Source: an uncultured archaeon
Lineage (GTDB): Archaea; Asgardarchaeota; Heimdallarchaeia; Heimdallarchaeales; Heimdallarchaeaceae
DNA length: 24,000 nt
Direction of reading: 5' to 3'
Assembly (NCBI GenBank): GCA_964590855.1
Contig: CAZPXJ010000004.1
Coordinates: forward strand, 27,715 to 51,714
Made by a program: the position numbers and the translations under genes. Below, one piece after another: positions 21,443 through 24,000 of this stretch. Position 1 is the stretch's first letter; each line of letters opens with the position of its first letter. The notes beneath the pieces are model-generated. The model was not told where the DNA came from, did no database searches, and worked only from the letters and a program-made list of their open reading frames with translations.

Positions 21443-23527
21443 TCATACTGTTCCGTTTCTGTTTCTATGTCTTTTTAGTGTTATGACAATGAACGGTATT
21501 ACAAGTACTAATGAGAAAAAGGAATAGTAGAAATTATTACCTTTCTCTAGTGGGTTCTTCTTTAAAGGATACAGATCATACGAGTTTGCTGAACCATCTA
21601 TACTATAGTTTCCTGTTCCTTGATAATTGTCCCAAAAATTCCCTTCTTCTTCCTCTATCTGGTACCAAGTATTATTGGTACCATCATCCAATGCCTGTAT
21701 ATTTCCATTATTATTATCTATAAATGCATTATGATGAACTATGTTTCTTGTTGACTGATAACCAAGAATAACTGCATAGTTTGAATTTGTCTCAAACCAA
21801 TTATAACTGATTTCACTATCTAAAACCTCGGTGCCCCTGATACCAACAGTATTATCTCTAAAACGGTTCTCATAAATTGTAAAATAATGACTGAATATAA
21901 GAACCACTCCATTTTCATTATCAAATATAGAATTATCTTGAATTCTAACATCAATGGCGGTAGTAGAGTAAATCCCTGCTGAATTATTACCAATATTCGG
22001 ATTAGGATAATGGGATGAGATTACATTGTTTTTTATCAAAATCATACTACCAAAATTCAGATAAACTCCCAATGTATTCCCTGAAAATTCATTGCTTATG
22101 ATGTTACAATGGTCTGAAAAATGAAGCTGCAAACCAAAATGAATGTTATTATGAATTTCATTTTCATTCAAATCAAGATATTCAGATAAGCTTGCGTAAA
22201 TCCCGTACTCATTATTAATAATTTCTGAATTGGTAATAGAACAACCATCGGATTGATCGAATAAAGCTCCATAAGTTGAGATATTGCTTTTACTTGAGGT
22301 TATAGTACAATTATTGCTACCATAAACAAAGAAACCGTAGAGAGTGACATATACATTACAGTTTTGTATTATTGTATAATCACAAAATATGAGCCCTATA
22401 CCCATGCTTGTATCACGAACTGTCATGTTCTGGACGGTTACTTGTAAACATGATACAAGAATCACTTGACCAAAATTCCCTTCAACTATGAAATTTGTAC
22501 CTTTATTTCTAAAAAAACCTAGAAGTTTGTTATTAACAAAATTATCCTCAACTATCCAATTCATGATTTGGGATTTCTCAATTTCTTCAACAGTAAGACC
22601 ACATTTGGTAAAATTATTTCTTGCAATGTAGCATTCATCCGATTTTCTTATATCAAGACCTTTGATGCAATTGTCAACCAAATTACTACTAACATTGATT
22701 TTTGATGAAGAGACTATTTTGATTGCTGCTGCTCCTCTATCAATCTGGTTGTATAGAATGTTACAAGACATTGCATTATCCAAAAATATTCCCACACCAG
22801 ATGAATTTAAGCATAAGTTGCTTAACAAGTCACAGCTCTGCGAATAACTTATACTAGCAAATTGTTCTACATCTGCAATATTGCTTCTTACAACCTTTTG
22901 ATGACTAGAAAAAGCAGAGAACAAAAATGTGCTTGAGTTTGAGCATTGATTAGAATCTATTACATTGTTTGTAGCATCCCGAATAGAGAAACATTCACTG
23001 CTTATGTTTTCAAAACTATTATTCACGAATTGACAATTATCAGTACCCAATCTTGTCATTATTGCAGTTTTAGAATCTGAGAAGAAATTGTCTTCAATTT
23101 GCAAAAAAGTAGAATTTTCTATATATAAGCTGATACCTTGATGAAAATTCATGAATGAGTTATTAGTCAGAATTCCAGTGTTATTGGCAATATTCCTAAG
23201 AAAAACCCCATTTGTACTAGAGTTAAATATACAGTCTTTAATAATGAAGTGACTATTCGTATTCTGGATTCTAATTGCATAAGGGTCATTAGTTGATATC
23301 CATAGGTCTTCTAGTATAAAAGGGTCTGAATATGAACCGTTACCACTAAAACCATATGAAACAAAAGCAGTGTCATTATCAATATAGATAGAATCTGTAA
23401 ATGAAAAAATTTGAGGAGATAGAGTTGCTCTTTTTTCGTGCGGTTGAGCTATTTCACCATTCGAGAAAGGGCTATTTATGATGGAAACCACCAAAATTAT
23501 GCAAAATAATTTGGTAATTCTTTTCAT
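21443..23527 (-). CDS. Secreted/membrane-anchored surface protein with right-handed parallel beta-helix (PbH1/NosD-like) repeats
   Basis: The 694-aa product has an N-terminal signal-like MKRITKLFCIILVVSIINSPFS. Many repeats of about 22 aa have the form I..N.I..N..GI.L..S..N.I..N. The ending NFWDNYQGTGNYSIDGSANSYDLYPL is NosD-like. A C-terminal TM segment FFSLVLVIPFIVITL is followed by KRHRNR. N-x-S/T sequons are numerous. Confidence 0.8.
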   Translation of the reverse strand: MKRITKLFCIILVVSIINSPFSNGEIAQPHEKRATLSPQIFSFTDSIYIDNDTAFVSYGFSGNGSYSDPFILEDLWISTNDPYAIRIQNTNSHFIIKDCIFNSSTNGVFLRNIANNTGILTNNSFMNFHQGISLYIENSTFLQIEDNFFSDSKTAIMTRLGTDNCQFVNNSFENISSECFSIRDATNNVIDSNQCSNSSTFLFSAFSSHQKVVRSNIADVEQFASISYSQSCDLLSNLCLNSSGVGIFLDNAMSCNILYNQIDRGAAAIKIVSSSKINVSSNLVDNCIKGLDIRKSDECYIARNNFTKCGLTVEEIEKSQIMNWIVEDNFVNNKLLGFFRNKGTNFIVEGNFGQVILVSCLQVTVQNMTVRDTSMGIGLIFCDYTIIQNCNVYVTLYGFFVYGSNNCTITSSKSNISTYGALFDQSDGCSITNSEIINNEYGIYASLSEYLDLNENEIHNNIHFGLQLHFSDHCNIISNEFSGNTLGVYLNFGSMILIKNNVISSHYPNPNIGNNSAGIYSTTAIDVRIQDNSIFDNENGVVLIFSHYFTIYENRFRDNTVGIRGTEVLDSEISYNWFETNSNYAVILGYQSTRNIVHHNAFIDNNNGNIQALDDGTNNTWYQIEEEEGNFWDNYQGTGNYSIDGSANSYDLYPLKKNPLEKGNNFYYSFFSLVLVIPFIVITLKRHRNRNGTV

Positions 23528-23565
23528 ATAATCTAATCTCCTCTTTTATTAAGAATGTATTGATT

Positions 23566-23823
23566 TCAACTGTTGTAGTTATCTAAATCGAAACTACCAC
23601 CAAAACCATTGTGTTTTTCGGGCGAGGTGTCGGGATTATAATGATCCGGAGGTGTTTGTTCTAAGGCTTTAGATCTATACTCATCATGTGCTTCCGAAAA
23701 TATATCGTCAAATGAAGTGGATATTGAATAGCTATAATAAGAGAACCAAGCATGTTCAAGAAAGCAATAAGTCCAACAACCGTTGAAGTTTCCTTCATCT
23801 TCATAAGCTATCTCATCTGACAT
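23566..23823 (-). CDS. Hypothetical small aromatic/acidic protein, possibly co-transcribed with the beta-helix gene
   Basis: The 85-aa product from the first ATG begins MSDEIAYEDEGNFNGCWTYCFLEHAWFSYYSYSI...; the track starts at a TTG at 23832. The stop is 38 nt upstream of the beta-helix gene start. No family is recognised with confidence. Confidence 0.35.
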   Translation of the reverse strand: MSDEIAYEDEGNFNGCWTYCFLEHAWFSYYSYSISTSFDDIFSEAHDEYRSKALEQTPPDHYNPDTSPEKHNGFGGSFDLDNYNS

Positions 23824-24000
23824 TGTCCACAATTGTGTAACGTTCTATAATTACAGAACAATCTTTTTATATCTTATGAAGAATAGCAAATAGGAAAAAT
23901 TAGATAAAGTTACTTCCCATGTAATAAGACTGTAAAAGATTTTGAAGGATACTGTTGAGTGGTTGTATGTTGTCGGCTGTTGGAATAAAGAAGACATATC

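Noticed and set aside
23900-24000. Short minus-strand reading frames entering from the right edge. Examples are ...YVFFIPTADNIQPLNSILQNLLQSYYMGSNFI* and a 49-aa ATG-initiated frame MSSLFQQPTTYNHSTV...
   Set aside because: They are too short and truncated by the window edge to judge, and no recognisable motif is present. They cannot be supported as features from this window alone.
1-24000. Scan for CRISPR arrays, transposase or integrase genes, IS-type terminal inverted repeats, rRNA genes and box C/D sRNA signatures.
   Set aside because: I saw no regularly spaced direct repeats and no ORF with DDE, tyrosine-recombinase or serine-recombinase hallmarks. The only RUGAUGA-like strings lie inside coding regions without a matching CUGA box arrangement.

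Overview
Low-GC archaeal chromosome segment, recognised from eL19, eL32, eS4, Rpp29, aRF1, Hef and GGTGA-type Shine-Dalgarno sites. The lineage cannot be determined from this window. About 19 kb is housekeeping. On the minus strand lies the distal part of the ribosomal-protein cluster: uS17, uL14, uL24, eS4, uL5, uS14, uS8, uL6, eL32, eL19, uL18. A class-Ia aminoacyl-tRNA synthetase (most likely ValRS) follows on the plus strand. The proximal part of the cluster (uL22, uS3, uL29, RNase P Rpp29) is also on the plus strand. After that come full-length Hef helicase/nuclease, a UPF0148-type zinc-ribbon protein, tRNA-Ile(GAU), a cupin-type PGI-like protein, aRF1, UMP kinase and AspRS. The most unusual region is about 18.93-21.43 kb. 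It is a purine-skewed, higher-GC block of three tightly coupled ORFs that I cannot assign to a family: a W-rich protein, a multi-CxxC zinc-finger protein, and a 403-aa protein with a non-canonical Cys cluster and an alternating beta/alpha pattern. Structured inverted repeats sit on its left border, and a convergent gene for a large parallel-beta-helix surface protein sits on its right. Secondary oddities: (1) long low-complexity C-terminal tails on eL32, uL24 and uS3, with two tails ending in the same PEEESS encoded by an identical 16-mer; (2) a 19-nt promoter-like motif present twice in the r-protein cluster; (3) the cluster split and inverted exactly between rnp1 and rps17; (4) NIKD instead of NIKS in aRF1; (5) HMGG instead of HxGH in the synthetase; (6) a cupin PGI homologue lacking the metal-ligand histidines. 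I saw no CRISPR array, integrase or transposase.
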